Assembly (NCBI GenBank): GCA_964016885.1
Contig: OZ024743.1
Span: forward strand, 373,550,001-373,614,000
DNA from: Eledone cirrhosa
Lineage: Eukaryota
DNA: 64,000 nt
Direction: 5' to 3'
Part shown: positions 21,837 to 34,678 of the stretch, one piece after another
How the letters are laid out: each line of letters opens with the position of its first letter
Position numbering within the stretch: the first letter of the stretch is position 1
Translations under genes and position numbers: made by a program
The notes under the pieces: model-generated
The model's input: only the letters and a program-made list of their open reading frames with translations
Databases searched by the model: none
Told to the model about the DNA's origin: nothing

Positions 21837-22576
21837 ATTTATGTGTGTATTGGTTATTTTAATAAATTAATTATATAATTAATTAATTATTTGATTAATT
21901 AATTGTATGTTATATTAGAAGTGAAAATGATATAAGATAAAATACTAGGGATGAAATTTATTTAGGGAGAGAAATAGAGATAGAAAGATAGAGATACATA
22001 AAATATGAATGTAAATATGAGGTTTTGATGTTGGTTCATTGATAGATGGTGACAATTATAACAATAATGATGATGATGTGATATTATAATAGATCTAAGT
22101 GGTACAATTTAGGTTATGGAATAGATAAGATGAATTAAGCTGGTCTAAAGTTCTCAAATTTGGTCGCTGTTTTATGCCTACAGTAAATAGCTCTTTCAAT
22201 TTTACTGTTAAGTAGCATTTTGTTGTACTTTAAAATTTGGAAAAGTTCCATATTACAAAGACCACAGTGGGACATGCCAATTCGATAGGCCGTTGCTGTT
22301 GATAGCTTTGTCCAGCTGATTTTATATTCCATGTTTGCATCTCTGAGTTGCCAGATTTTATTGGCGAGAGTTGTTGCATTTATGAGTTTCCTGTTAATCA
22401 TAGAGTGTCTGTGGACATACCACCTTTTCTTAAATTCTCCAGCTGTAGATCCTATGTAGTGCCATGATAAGCTGCCTGAATTTATAGTACATAGGTATAC
22501 TATATTAGACTCTAGGCATCTATTTTGTAATAGGCATTTGTCATGTAGATGACAATTACATTTAGATGCTTTCCTA

Positions 22577-24561
22577 TGTGCCTAACTACTACAACATAGC
22601 TTTACTTAAGGCAAGCCATAAAGAGAGACTCAAATACATACCAAATATAAAAAATAACAACACACTTAATAGAAATAACACTATCCACACTTATAGAAGC
22701 AACAAATCTAGGGCTAAACATAGAAATTGGCAACAAGCACGTGAATTAATTGAACAGAATACTAATAGAAAGACCACTAATAACTATAGAAGATGTAGAG
22801 ATAGAAAGTACTTATGGTTCAATCCAGTGTTTAACTCCTCTATAAAAACAAAACTACCTTATACTTTCTTCAAATTAGTTGACAAACACTTCCCTAAAAT
22901 TCATAAATATCATAAAATCTTTAATAGAAAAACTATCATACTCCACTGCCAACAACATAGAATTGCACATACATAAAATTAACTATAAAATAATTCATAA
23001 TGCAAGTAGCCCGCAAATAAGTACCATAACACCAAATACAAAACATAAACATATAACATCATCACAACCAAACACACATCAGAACACATCACCACACTAC
23101 ATCAACAAACCCAATTATCAGCCCATACATAACAATTTACAAAACCACATTGAAGAACCGGCACATAGGAAAGCATCTAAATGTAATTGTCATCTACATG
23201 ACAAATGCCCATTACAAAATAGATGCCTAGAGTCTAATATAGTATACCTATATACTATAAATTCAGGCAGCTTATCATGGCACTACATAGGATCTACAGC
23301 TGGAGAATTTAAGAAAAGGTGGTATGTCCACAGACACTCTATGATTAACAGGAAACTCATAAATGCAACAACTCTCGCCAATAAAATCTGGCAACTCAGA
23401 GATGCAAACATGGAATATAAAATCAGCTGGACAAAGCTATCAACAGCAATGGCCTATCGAATTGGCATGTCCCACTGTGGTCTTTGTAATATGGAGCTTT
23501 TCCAAATTTTAAAGTACAACAAAATGCTACTTAACAGTAAAATTGAAAGAACTATTTACTGTAGGCATAAAACAGCGACCAAATTTGAGAACTTTAGACC
23601 AGCTTAATTCATCTTATCTATTCCATAACCTAAATTGTACCACTTAGATCTATTATAATATCACATCATCATCATTATTGTTATAATTGTCACCATCTAT
23701 CAATGAACCAACATCAAAACCTCATATTTACATTCATATTTTATGTATCTCTATCTTTCTATCTCTATTACTCCCCCTAAATTTATTTCATCCCTAGTAT
23801 TTTATCTTATCATATCATTTTCACTTCTAATATAACATACAACTAATTAATCAAATAATTAATTAATTATATAATTAATTTATTAAAATAACCAATACAC
23901 ACATAAATATATTTAACATTATCATATTTATACCTTCGCATCTCTTTATATTTTAACCACTTTCAATAATCTTTATATGTTTAAATTTCTTCGCACATTT
24001 TACTTATTTATTTTCATATTTTGTATCATTTTGTATCATACTCGATATAATTTGTTTAGTTATTCATTTATTTATTTATTTATTTATTTTATTCATATAT
24101 TAACATTTATTCATTTATTGTTATCATTTTTTCTCTTACGTCATTTCTCCTCTATCCTTTTCTATTCTCTTTCTATCCTCCTTTCTCTACATCTTTTTTT
24201 CTCTCTATATCTTTGTTTTCATTTCTCCTTTTTTTTTTCTTTTTCCTTTTTCTTCTTTTTATTTTTCTTTTTTCTTTTTCTTTCCTTTATCTATCTCTTT
24301 CTTTCTTTTGTTCTCTCTCTATCTTTATTACTAATATTATTATTGATGCTGTAATTTGAATTTGTAGATTTTCCGGTTATATATATTTTTTATAACAGTT
24401 TCTGATGACATGATTGAGCTAGCATCGTATTTGAAATTGAGTGGCACTGCTTCTAGTGTTCAGCAATTTTTAGACAATTCAATCGGAAAAACAATTGTTA
24501 GACTGTAAATAAATTCCCCTTTTTTGTACTGTTGACCATGTTATTCTTCACTTTTTCAATT
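22577..24561 (+). mobile_element. Right arm of Penelope-like element: RT thumb, linker, GIY-YIG endonuclease (frameshifted) and 3' repeat
   Basis: LWFNPVF...DKHFPKIHKYHKIFNRKT / KLSYS...CNCHLHDKCPLQNRCLESNIVY...YIGSTAGEFKKRWYVH...CGLC..E...LLN...CRH. Frameshift near 22935. Ends in (TA)n. Confidence 0.9.
24395..24506 (+). ncRNA. Second copy of the Penelope hammerhead with GAAA core mutated (G12>A)
   Basis: Aligns with 18627-18738 but reads TCAATCGGAAAAACAATTG instead of TCAATCAGAGAAACAATTG. Confidence 0.55.
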
Positions 24562-25215
24562 ATATATATATATATATATGTGTGTGTGGTGTGTATATAT
24601 ATGTGTGTGTGTGGTGTGTATATATATGTGTGTGTGTGGTGTGTATATATATATGTGTGTGTGTGGTGTGTATATATATGTGTGTGTGTGGTGTGTATAT
24701 ATATGTGTGTGTGTGGTGTGTATATATGTGTGTGTGTGTGGTGTATATATATATGTGTGTGTGTGATGTGTATATATATGTGTGTGTGTGTATATATATA
24801 TGTGTGTGTGTGGCGTATATATGTGTGTGTGTGGCGTATATATGTGTGTGTGTGGCGTATATATATGTGTGTGTATGTGGTGTTTATATATATGTGTGTG
24901 TGTGGTGTTTATATATATGTGTGTGTGTGTGGTGTTTATATGTGTGTGTGGTGTGTATAAATGTGTGTGTGTGGTGTGTATATATGTGTGTGTGTGTGGT
25001 GTGTATATATGTGTGTGTGTGTGGTGTGTATATATGTGTGTGGTGTGTGTATATATATGTGTGTGGTGTGTGTATATATATGTGTGTGGTGTGTGTATAT
25101 ATATGTGTGTGGTGTGTATATATATGTGTGTGTGTGGTGTGTATATATATGTGTGTGTGTGGTGTGTATATATATATGTGTGTGTATATATTTATATGTG
25201 TGTGTGTGTGTGTGT
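24562..25215. repeat. Compound (TA)n/(TG)n microsatellite
   Basis: Directly visible. Confidence 0.97.
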
Positions 25216-25452
25216 CTCCATGTTTATGTTTACACTGCTTAACAACCAATATTGTTTGTATACACTTAATAACTTAGGAGTTTGACAAATAGTTTGATGA
25301 AATAAGTACCAGACTTGTACTGGTATTTTGATATGAGTAAGTTCAGCATGGCCACAGTCTAATGAGTGAAGCAAAGAAATGAGTGAAAGAGTCTCTCTCT
25401 CTCTGTTCCAATGATTCATTCAGTCTACTTTCACTGTGTTATTTACTTTTAG

Positions 25453-25647
25453 GTCCATTATAATTCCAAAACCAGTGCTTTGGATTCACCTGCAGCTAAA
25501 CCAGGAATGCCAACAGTGAACTTGGTTCCAGAAGTTAACCCAGAAAAGGACAAAGACAAGGACACAATTTCCACACCCAGCAGTAAACGAAGCAATGTCA
25601 AGAAAGCTAATTTATATGCTTGGGTCTTTTTACAATCACTGCCTGAG
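25453..25647 (+). CDS. BLTP1: BLTP1 exon (VHYNSKT...NVKKANLYAWVFLQSLPE)
   Basis: ttttag| and |gtaaat, phase 0 to 0. Matches recalled LHYNSKT...VKTAKLYAWVALQSLPE. Confidence 0.95.
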
Positions 25648-26484
25648 GTAAATTTATAAAAATCTCTTAACAGATAACCCAAATTATTCAAAGACATATA
25701 TATATGTCTCACTTGTACATTCTATTTTTGACATGCATGGATTCTACAACTGGATGCCCTTCCTTTTACCAACCACACTACAGAGTGTACTAGAGTGGTT
25801 GTCATGTTCTGAACAGAATTCAAGGGGTCTTCTGAACACTCCATAGCCTCAATTTGTTTGCTACCATTTTACAGAATGTACTGGGTGCATTTTAGCATAT
25901 TGTGTATGTGTTTGTGTATATTTGTGTGAGTGTGTTTGTGTATGTTTGTATCTATGTATTCCACTATAAATCAGTACATTGAGTTATGTCCCTTTACCTA
26001 AAAAAAAAAAAAAAGGATAAAAGTTAGCAGTTCAACAAATAGAGATCAATAGGATAATTACTGTGGTCAGTATGATGGACTAAAATCTTTGAATAAGGTG
26101 TCCCATCATGGCCATAGTCCTCTGAAACCAATGAAAGAGTAAAACAATAATATATAAACTTATTAAGAAGGAATTTGTAGGTCCATGCATATGGTTAAAA
26201 AGTTTACTTCAGAATCACTTAGTTTTGGGTTTAGTCTCACTGCACAACACCTTGAATATTGTCTTCTACTATAGACTATTATAGTAGACTATAGTAGAAG
26301 ACAGTGTCGTCTACTATAGTCTTGAGATGACCAATGCTTTGTGAGTGACTTTAGTAGACAGAAAATGTAAAGAAGCTCAACATGTGCATATGTATGTGTG
26401 TGTAAAACTTGTATGTAAACATATGTGTGGGAACACATATGTGTATGTACTCATAGATATCTGTACAGACACACACACATACAC

Positions 26485-26547
<63 letters not shown>

Positions 26548-27245
26548 TGTGTGTATGTATGTGCCAGTCACTGCAAACATAAAATTGTCTGTCCATAGAA
26601 TAAACCTGTCACAAAAGATTTTGATCTCATGCAAGCATGTAGACACATCTAAAAACGATACTGGTGCTTATGATGATGATGATGATTAATTAAAAAGGAA
26701 TTTAGCAAACTCTTTGATTATTTAGTTCCGTTATTACCATACTTCTCTTAAGGCAGATTGTGTAACTTTTTCATTGCCATATTTATAATGAAATACACTG
26801 CCTTTGAGTTAATTAATGAAGAATCCATTTTCTAAAAATAATTATTAAGAGGGTATTTGAGGGTGGTGGATTGGCAATATATCAGTAAAGAATCAAACAA
26901 AATGGTTTGCAGTATTTAGTAACTTTGCCTTTCACCTGATATTCCATCTCCACACACACACGCATGTATTTGTGTGTCTATGTATATATCCTGACACATA
27001 CACTGTTCACTTTCTTGACAATTGTACATTATTCTATGTATGATACATGCACCTTTGATGAGTTCTAGAGCATCTGAGCACTGTACACAATAATTTTCAT
27101 TATCATTTCATTATCATCCTTCCAGAGTCAATAAAATAATGTACCAGTTAACTACTAGGGTAAATATAATCGATTTTGCCCTTCTTCTAAACTGCTGGCC
27201 TTGTGCCAATGTTAGAAATAATTATTAAGATGATATTTATAATAT

Positions 27246-27462
27246 ATGAAGACTTTGGTGACCTTGGCTCTAGGACCACCTCCCTACTCACCACCATTGG
27301 CATGGAGTTGGCTACTCGCATGTGTGAGCCTCATGAACTGGAATGGCTATTCCAATGCACCTCCCTCACCATCCTCCAGAGGAAACGCCTTCTGTATTCT
27401 GTCCACCAGAATCTCGGGGAGGCCAGCGTGTAGCCCCCCCCCCCCCATTTGCTTATAATAGT
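27246..27462 (+). mobile_element. 3' fragment of CRE-like non-LTR retrotransposon
   Basis: GDLGSRTTSLLTTIG..LATRMCEPHELEWLFQCTSLTILQR/GNAFCILST resembles the CRE-clade C-terminus. Related to 4262-4690. Confidence 0.62.
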
Positions 27463-27576
27463 AAGTGATGGAGAGAGCAAAAGAGACGGAGGCAGTGAAT
27501 TTGCAATGTGAATCAGTTGTTTAGTTTATACCAATGTTGTTCACTTTTAATTCTAACCAACTTTGTATAATTTCAG

Positions 27577-27664
27577 GAAATGATTATCAGCCCCTATTTA
27601 CTGGATTTCCTTGAGCAAGCATTGGAACCATTACCGTTGTCTCAGCCATTTTCTACGAAGAAAG
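27577..27664 (+). CDS. BLTP1: BLTP1 exon (EMIISPYLLDFLEQALEPLPLSQPFSTKK)
   Basis: Branch-like ttctaac, tttcag| and |gtaaac, phase 0 to 1. Matches recalled EMVISPCLLDFLEKALETIP. Confidence 0.95.
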
Positions 27665-29057
27665 GTAAACTGAGTTTCTCAGATGCAATAAAAAACAAAA
27701 CAACATATTTGTATCTGGTTTAGAATCGGTTACACTCTCTCTCTCTCTCTCTCTCTCACGCACACGCGCACGCACACACGCACGCACACGCATATACACA
27801 TGCATACACATACACACATATATATATATATGTCCCACCCTTGCAAGCAGGGAAAAGCGGACGTATGATGATGGTGTGTGTGTGTGTGGTTATATATATG
27901 TGTGTATGTATATGTGTATATATGTGTGTGCGTGTGTGTATATATATATATATTTCTATATATGACTGGCTAATGGATAACAACTAATGAATGATTGACT
28001 AATGATTTAGTAGTAGTAGTATTATTATAAGGGGGTTGATTAGCAGAATTGTTTGAGCATTGGATGAATGATGATATACTATATATTTTAATCTGTGATC
28101 CTTTGAGGTTCAGTAATGCATTGCTATGTGGTCTGTGCCCTGGGTGGCTACCTTGGTTGGCCTTAATGGTAGCTCCAATGCTGTATAAAATAGTGGTCTG
28201 TTAAGCTTTAGTAATGCACCTCTTTGAGGTTCGTACCCTAGGTGGTTGCCTAGGTGACTACTACTACTACTACTACTACTACTACCAGTGGCAAAGGGTA
28301 ACCTGGAAAGCAGGTCATGCAGTCCAATCGCCATGGCAGAAAGTGGGGCTGTGTAGCCTTACCCCCCCCCCCCCCCCCAATTCCTTCTAAATGACCCTCC
28401 CAATCTAAGCCGCATGTAGTGTTATCTAGTGTGTGTGTGTATGTTATCTTTTTATGTGTCTACGATTTAGTAAGCAGCCAAAATTCTGCTTGCTTCAACC
28501 AACGCAATTGATCTCAAGATTCTATAACGCATGCACTGCATGTGTTTCATGCACACACCCTTCGCCCCTGACTACTACCACTACTATTAATACTACTACT
28601 ACTAGTAGTAGTAGTGGTAGTGGTAGTGGTAGTGTTTGCCTTGTGGTAAATCAATGAATTAAATGTAATGTTTGAGCATGGCAGCTAATTACTGGTTTAT
28701 GCAGTGTTGACTGTTGGCTTGGTATCACATGTGCTGTGAGCAAACAGTTGTCTCAATAATGTGTGGCATAGCTAATAAAACAGACACATTGCCAAGAATT
28801 ATTGTGAAATGATGTCTGAGAGGAGGTACACTGGGAATAAAAATATCTTTGCTTGTTTAAAAATAGAAGAATTGATCACCTCTACAGACATGTGTATGTT
28901 ATTAACTTTCATTTCTTAGTCTCTCTCTCTCTCTCTATTGGCTGGCTTGTGTCCATAGGACAGATTGTTATATAACATTTCATTGTCAGCACATAATTTA
29001 AAAATGAGTTTGTATGTATGTATGTGTGTGTGTATGTGTATATATATATTTATATAT

Positions 29058-29856
29058 ATCATCATCATCACTATCGTTTAACGTCCACTTCCACGCTAGC
29101 ATGGGTTAGAAGGGAGTTGTCCCAATTTGAGGCAAGGCTGGTCGGGTGACCGTGTCTCACTCATATAGGACTATCTGGTAGGTTTTCTACGGCTGGATGC
29201 CTTTCCTAACACCAACCACATTTACAGTGTGGAACTGGGAACTTTTTACCGTGTTACCTACACAGCCACATTACAGCGTGGACTGTGTGTGTTTTTTTTG
29301 TTGTTGTGACACCTACACGATCTCAATCTCATTTTCTCGTTTATTTGGACTGGATGTTGTGGTACCAACGTTACAGAGAGGGTGGTGTTGGTGGGAGTGG
29401 GAGGATGGAGTAGGGGTAGTGGATTGGGGTGTATATTTGGTTAAGAGGTGCCTACTGACTGTAGGTTTCGCTTTGTACATAGGCAAGGCGGGTCTTCTGT
29501 ATTACTGCGTAGCGCCAAAGATCTCGGTCCACTGACATTGTCTTAGAGAGGTGCAAGTGTGTAAGGTCAGAATTTATCAAATCGTCCCAGGTTTTTCTGG
29601 GTCTACCTACTCCATAACTTCCATCAATTTTGATCGCCCTGCACTTTTTTATACAGCTGTCGTCTTTCATGCGCATCACGTGACCATACCAACGTAGTCT
29701 TCTCTCAAGTAAACAGCATCTGATCCCTCTTATTCCTAATTTCTCACTTAGTTCATTTATGCTTTGCCGTTCACGTATATTACTATTACACATCCAATGG
29801 AGCATGCATGCTTTATTCCTTTCCAGTCTGCGCAGGTCCTCTGCACACAATGCCCA

Positions 29857-29860
<4 letters not shown>
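29058..29860 (-). mobile_element. Diverged 3' fragment of the same RTE lineage
   Basis: ORF 29452..29850 (CAEDLRRLERNKACMLHWMC...RLRWYGHVMRM...GRPRKTW) plus 3'UTR and (ATG)n tail. Confidence 0.93.
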
Positions 29861-29931
<71 letters not shown>

Positions 29932-30027
29932 GTGTGTGTGTTGTGTGTGTGTTATGTGTGTGTGTGTGTTGTGTGTGTATTGTGTATTGTGTGTATGTGT
30001 GTGTATTGTGTATATATGTGTGTTGTG

Positions 30028-30065
<38 letters not shown>

Positions 30066-30075
30066 TATAGAGAGA

Positions 30076-31827
30076 GAGAGAGAGAATTGACCTAGATGAA
30101 ATGCAGTTCGGGTTTGTGTCAGGCAAAAGTACCACAGACGCTCTTTTCATAGTACGACAACTACAGGAGAAGTACCTAGCTAAAGGTAAACCCCTCTACT
30201 TAGCTTTTGTCGACTTGGAGAAAGCCTTCGACAGAGTCCCCCGCTCCATTATCTGGTGGGCTCTTAGAAAACTAGGCGTTGACGAATGGCTTGTGAGGGC
30301 TATACAAGCCATGTATAAAGAAACAGTCAGCAAGGTTAGAATTAACAACGAATATAGTGAAGAGTTTAGCGTAAAAGTTGGCGTCCATCAGGGCTCTGTT
30401 CTCAGCCCCCTACTATTTATTATTGCCCTTCAGGCTATAACAGAGGAGTTCAAGACAGGCTGCCCATGGGAACTCCTATACGCAGACGACCTGACACTCA
30501 TAGCGGAATCAATGGCCGAGCTAGAGAAGAAATTCCAAACATGGAAGCACGGCCTAGAGTCAAAAGGACTTAAAATTAACCTGGCTAAGACCAAAGTTCT
30601 AGTTTGTAGGAAAGAAAACAAGGCGGCGATCCCTTCTGGGAAATGGTCGTGCTCGGTGTGTAGGAAAGGCGTAGGTAGAAACTCCATTTTATGTCCTAAA
30701 TGCAAAGTATGGGTGCATAAAAGATGTAGTGGGATCACAGGTAAGCTAACTAAGAACATAGATTTTACATGTGGCCGGTGTTCTGGTGCAATAAGTAGCA
30801 GCAAGTGCCCACAAAATACTAGCTCTTTCAATTGCGCAGAGGGTTCTATAGAAATAGTGGACAGCTTCCGTTACCTGGGCGATAAAATCAGCAGTGGGGG
30901 AGGGTGCTCTGAAAGTACTGTAGCTAGAGTCAGAACTGGTTGGAAAAAGTTCAGAGAGCTTATACCACTATTAGCTGCTAAAGGGTTCTCCCTAAAAAAT
31001 GAAAGGCAGGTTGTACGATGCCTGCATACGAACAGCAATGCTGCATGGCAGTGAGACCTGGGCATTGTGTGCAGAGGATATACGCAGACTAGAGAGGAAC
31101 GAAGCTTGCATGCTCCGCTGGATGTGTAACAGTAATATACATGAACGGCAAAGCATAAACGAACTAAGGAAAAAATTAGAGATAAGAGGGATCAGATGTT
31201 GTTTACTCGAGAGAAGGCTACGTTGGTATGGACACGTGATGCGCATGAAAGTCGATAGCTGTATAACAAAGTGCAGGGCAATAAAGATAGACGGTAGTCA
31301 CGGAATAGGCAGACCTAGAAAAACCTGGGACGAGCTGATAAACTCCGACATCACACACTTACACCTCTCCAAGACAATGTCACTGGACCGAGACCTTTGG
31401 CGGTACTCAGTAACAGAGAAGACCCGGCTTACCTAAATATATAGTAAAACCTACTCCAGCCAGTAGGCATCTCTAACAAAATACACCCCGTCCCACCACC
31501 ACCACCCCCACCCCATCCACACCACCCCGTTCTATGTAAAGTTATGTTGGTGCCGCGCCATCCAGGCCGAAACAAATGAGATCGTGTAGGTGTCACGACA
31601 AAAAAAACACACAGTCCACGCTGTAATGTGGCCGTGTAGGCAACACGGTAAAAACCTCCCAGACCCACACTGTAAATGTGGTTGGTGTTAGGAAGGGCAT
31701 CCAACTGTAGAAAACCTGCCAGACAGTCCTATGCGAGCAAGACAATCACTCTTGCCTCAAGTGGGACTACTCCCGTCCAAACCCATGCAAGCGTGGAACA
31801 CGGACGTTAAACGTTGATGATGATGAT
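30076..31827 (+). mobile_element. Second, shorter near-identical RTE copy; +1 frameshift near 30995
   Basis: Matches ~20079-21836 with scattered substitutions. CTAAAAAATG versus CTAAAAATG splits the ORF. PHD at 30650-30781. 5' end merges with (GA)n. Confidence 0.96.
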
Positions 31828-31860
31828 ATATAGTAATAAATAAATACAAAGATGAAAATA

Positions 31861-31917
31861 AAAAGTTTCTGATGATCCTGCTTCGGATGAAAGCAGAAAT
31901 TCATTGCTAAAACTTTT
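31861..31917 (+). ncRNA. Type I hammerhead ribozyme motif
   Basis: AAAAGTTT-CTGATGA-TCCtgcttcGGA-T-GAAA-GCA gaaattcat TGC-TA-AAACTTTT: perfect 8-bp stem I, stems II and III, CUA triplet. Confidence 0.82.
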
Positions 31918-32577
31918 AATCTGTACTACTACTACTTCTACTACTACTACTACTATATATATATATATATATCTATATATATATATATATATATATATCT
32001 ATATATATACCTAATATGTCAAGAATATCCCACTTATTTTTGCCTTGCCTCTGCTTTGGATTAAATAATTTGTGGTATTCTTTCTGGTTCTCTATACTCT
32101 GAGTTCAATCCCACCAAAGCCAACATTACCTTTCATTCTTTTGAAGTCAATAAAATACCAATCCTAGGATGGAGGCGGGGAAGGAATTAGCTGAATTTTA
32201 AAAAGAGTTACACAAGATGCTCTGTGTTTTCCTGGTGGCCTGGAGGGAATCCGTAATGCTGCAAATGATGTCTTGGTCTGGCTTGTCAGTCTCCACCTGC
32301 TTCTCTAATTATTGTGCATATGTCATACGACAAGAAGTATCTGATCTGGCTCTTTGTGGTTTGAATTAAAATACTAATGCCTTCTGTCTAATGTTAAAAC
32401 TGGCAGATGGTATTAGAATGGAAACATACTTTCTTGGTGCAGTCTGATGATTGACATCTTTGCTTTCCTTTTCTTTTTTGTTGCTGTTGTTTTAATTATT
32501 ATAATGGAGCTGTGTTTTTAAATCTGGTTATTTATCTGTTGTTATTTTTGTTAATTCTCTCTTCTCTGATATTTCAG

Positions 32578-32832
32578 CTGAGTTAGTTGGCCAAGTGTTG
32601 ATGGATTTGGATGCTTCTACAACGTCCCTTGGTCTACCAGCTGCTTATGCCTCTTTCCCTGTAGATGTTGTTGTCTTTATACGTGTCAATTCATCAATCA
32701 TCCGCTTTAACTGTGCTCCGATGTCACGTGTCGAGTGCATGATTCAAGTACCATCTCTTGAGACGGTCTTCTCAACTAAAGGAACAGATGAGAATGTTAT
32801 AGGTGAGGGCACACCTCCATTGAAAGCCAAAA
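32578..32832 (+). CDS. BLTP1: BLTP1 exon (ELVGQVLMDLDASTTSL...AYASFPVDVVVFIRV...SRVECMIQVPSLETVFST...)
   Basis: atttcag| and |gtaagt, phase 1 to 1. Matches recalled AYSSFPVDVVVYVRVQPSQIKFSCLPVSRVECMLKLPSLDLVFSS. Confidence 0.96.
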
Positions 32833-33481
32833 GTAAGTTGAGAAATATTACTATTTTTTTTTCTTCATAGTAAAGGAATGGTAGATCCTTATCATAATAT
32901 GACCACCACCCATTGCAGCTTTCATAATCAGTTGTGGTCCCATAGTCAGATAAGTAGCTTTGTATCATCATCATCATCATTTGATTACTTTTAGCAGATA
33001 GCCACAGTCGTCCTCCTCTTCCTCCACCCATTGCAGCTTCTTTATAAGTTGTATTCCCATGGTTAGGTGGGATGTGAATCCAGAGGTGGCATTTGAACTT
33101 ATAATGCAAAATATATATATGTGTGTGTATCTGGTTTAGAATAAGTACACCCTATCCGTGCTTGTTGTTAGAAGCAAAAAAAAAGGATTAGTGTCACAAA
33201 CGGCATCTGGCTGTAAAACATTGCCTCAAATATCCTGCATGATACATTATATATATATATATTATATATATATATATATATTTAAAGAGATGATGAAGTT
33301 TCGTTTACATGTATTTAGTTTTTTTTATTGTGTATTCACCCATTACACACCTTTCACAGAGGATTGGTTCAGGGTCACCCATAGGAATTATGGACCTGAT
33401 TCCATTATTGATCTGCTCTTCACACTGGTGATGGGACAAAAAGAAAAAAAAATATATATATCATGCAAGATTTTTGAGGCA

Positions 33482-33512
<31 letters not shown>

Positions 33513-33838
33513 ATTAAGAGAGAAAGTTTGTCAAATAGAACACATAGCTTTGGTTGTTATATATAATGTAATAGTACACATCTGTGCAATGCAATAGTAT
33601 GTGTTCAGAAAAATACTTTGAGTGACAAAAAGATGGATAAATGAGAAATGAAAAGTAGAGGGGTGGGGAAATTGTACACCCATGGCTGGATAGCAGATCG
33701 TAACTTGACCCTGTAGTCAAGATTGTTAAAGTGTTGTTATAGAGATCAGCCAATGATACTTGCTACATCACTTATTCCACCTAACACAGTTTCTTCAATT
33801 GTTATTAATTATTAATATAATATTTTCATTGTTTTCAG

Positions 33839-34144
33839 ACCACAAGCGTTCACCATCTGTTCACCGAGAAAGAAACTACAGTGGAAATCAGGATAGTTCT
33901 ACAGGTAGCAGTGGTTCTACCTTTGGTAGCACCCTGGGACATGGTGGAATGCGTCCTCGTGTCAGTAGTACTGCATCAGAATACACAGGACAAGCCCAGC
34001 TCACCTCTTCTGGTGGACTTAGTTTTACTGCTTGTTTGACAAATTTCTCATTGTATATATTCCATCCTTATGGAGGAGGACAAAGAAAACCCCAGAACGT
34101 TGGATCCCCAGGTTATCTGGGAGGATTCCAGAAGTCAGAACTCG
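33839..34144 (+). CDS. BLTP1: BLTP1 exon (HKRSPS...GLSFTACLTNFSLYIFHPYGGGQRK...); 3' boundary 34144 (GC donor) or 34111 (GT donor)
   Basis: gttttcag| acceptor. Matches recalled GLSFTACMSDFSLYVFHPYGAGKQK. Phase-1 donors G|GCAAGT or CAG|GTTATC. Confidence 0.88.
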
Positions 34145-34175
34145 GCAAGTATTTCTTATCTTTAACTCTTTTCAT

Positions 34176-34490
34176 CACCTCTTGTCCTAAATACAACACC
34201 TCTTGTCCTAAATACAACACCTCTTGTCCTATAATACACCTCTTGTCCTATCTCACAGCACCTCTTGTCCTATCTCACACCACCTCTTGTCCTATCTCAC
34301 ACCACCTCTTGTCCTATCTCACACCACCTCTTGTCCTATCTCACACCACCTCTTGTCCTATCTCACACCACCTCTTGTCCTATCTCACACCACCTCTTGT
34401 CCTATCTCACACCACCTCTTGTCCTATCTCACACCACCTCTTGTCCTATCTCACACCACCTCTTGTCCTATCTCACACCACCTCTTGTCC
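34176..34490. repeat. 22-bp minisatellite (CACCACCTCTTGTCCTATCTCA)
   Basis: Period 22 (34321, 34343, ...). Confidence 0.96.
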
Positions 34491-34678
34491 TTTGATACAA
34501 CACCTCACATTTTAACCCTTATGATAGCAGACTGCTTGGAAACTGCCTGCACCTTGTTCTATGATAAAAATCTGTTTATTTCAAAGTCTTTGTATTTATC
34601 TAAAATCCCTCCACTACAGCCATGCCTGTACCTATAATTTGATAACACTATTTCTGTTTCTCTCGCTTTCAATTTCAG

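Larger units (their letters stand above)
18401..22582 (-). mobile_element. Left (inverted) arm of a Penelope-like element, split by an RTE insertion (18401-19197 + ~21837-22582)
   Basis: 18571-19197 and 21837-22582 are the reverse complement of 23160-24561. Encodes the GIY-YIG region on - (ORF 22135..22401). Confidence 0.9.

Noticed and set aside
24532-25285. Cys/Val/Tyr-rich ORFs (also 5178-6087, 26345-26689, 29759-30150, 36116-36610)
   Set aside because: Dinucleotide microsatellite translations.
26260-26320. Short hairpin TGTCTTCTACTATAG...CTATAGTAGAAGACA
   Set aside because: Small local inverted duplication within an old SINE-like sequence, with no further support for function.
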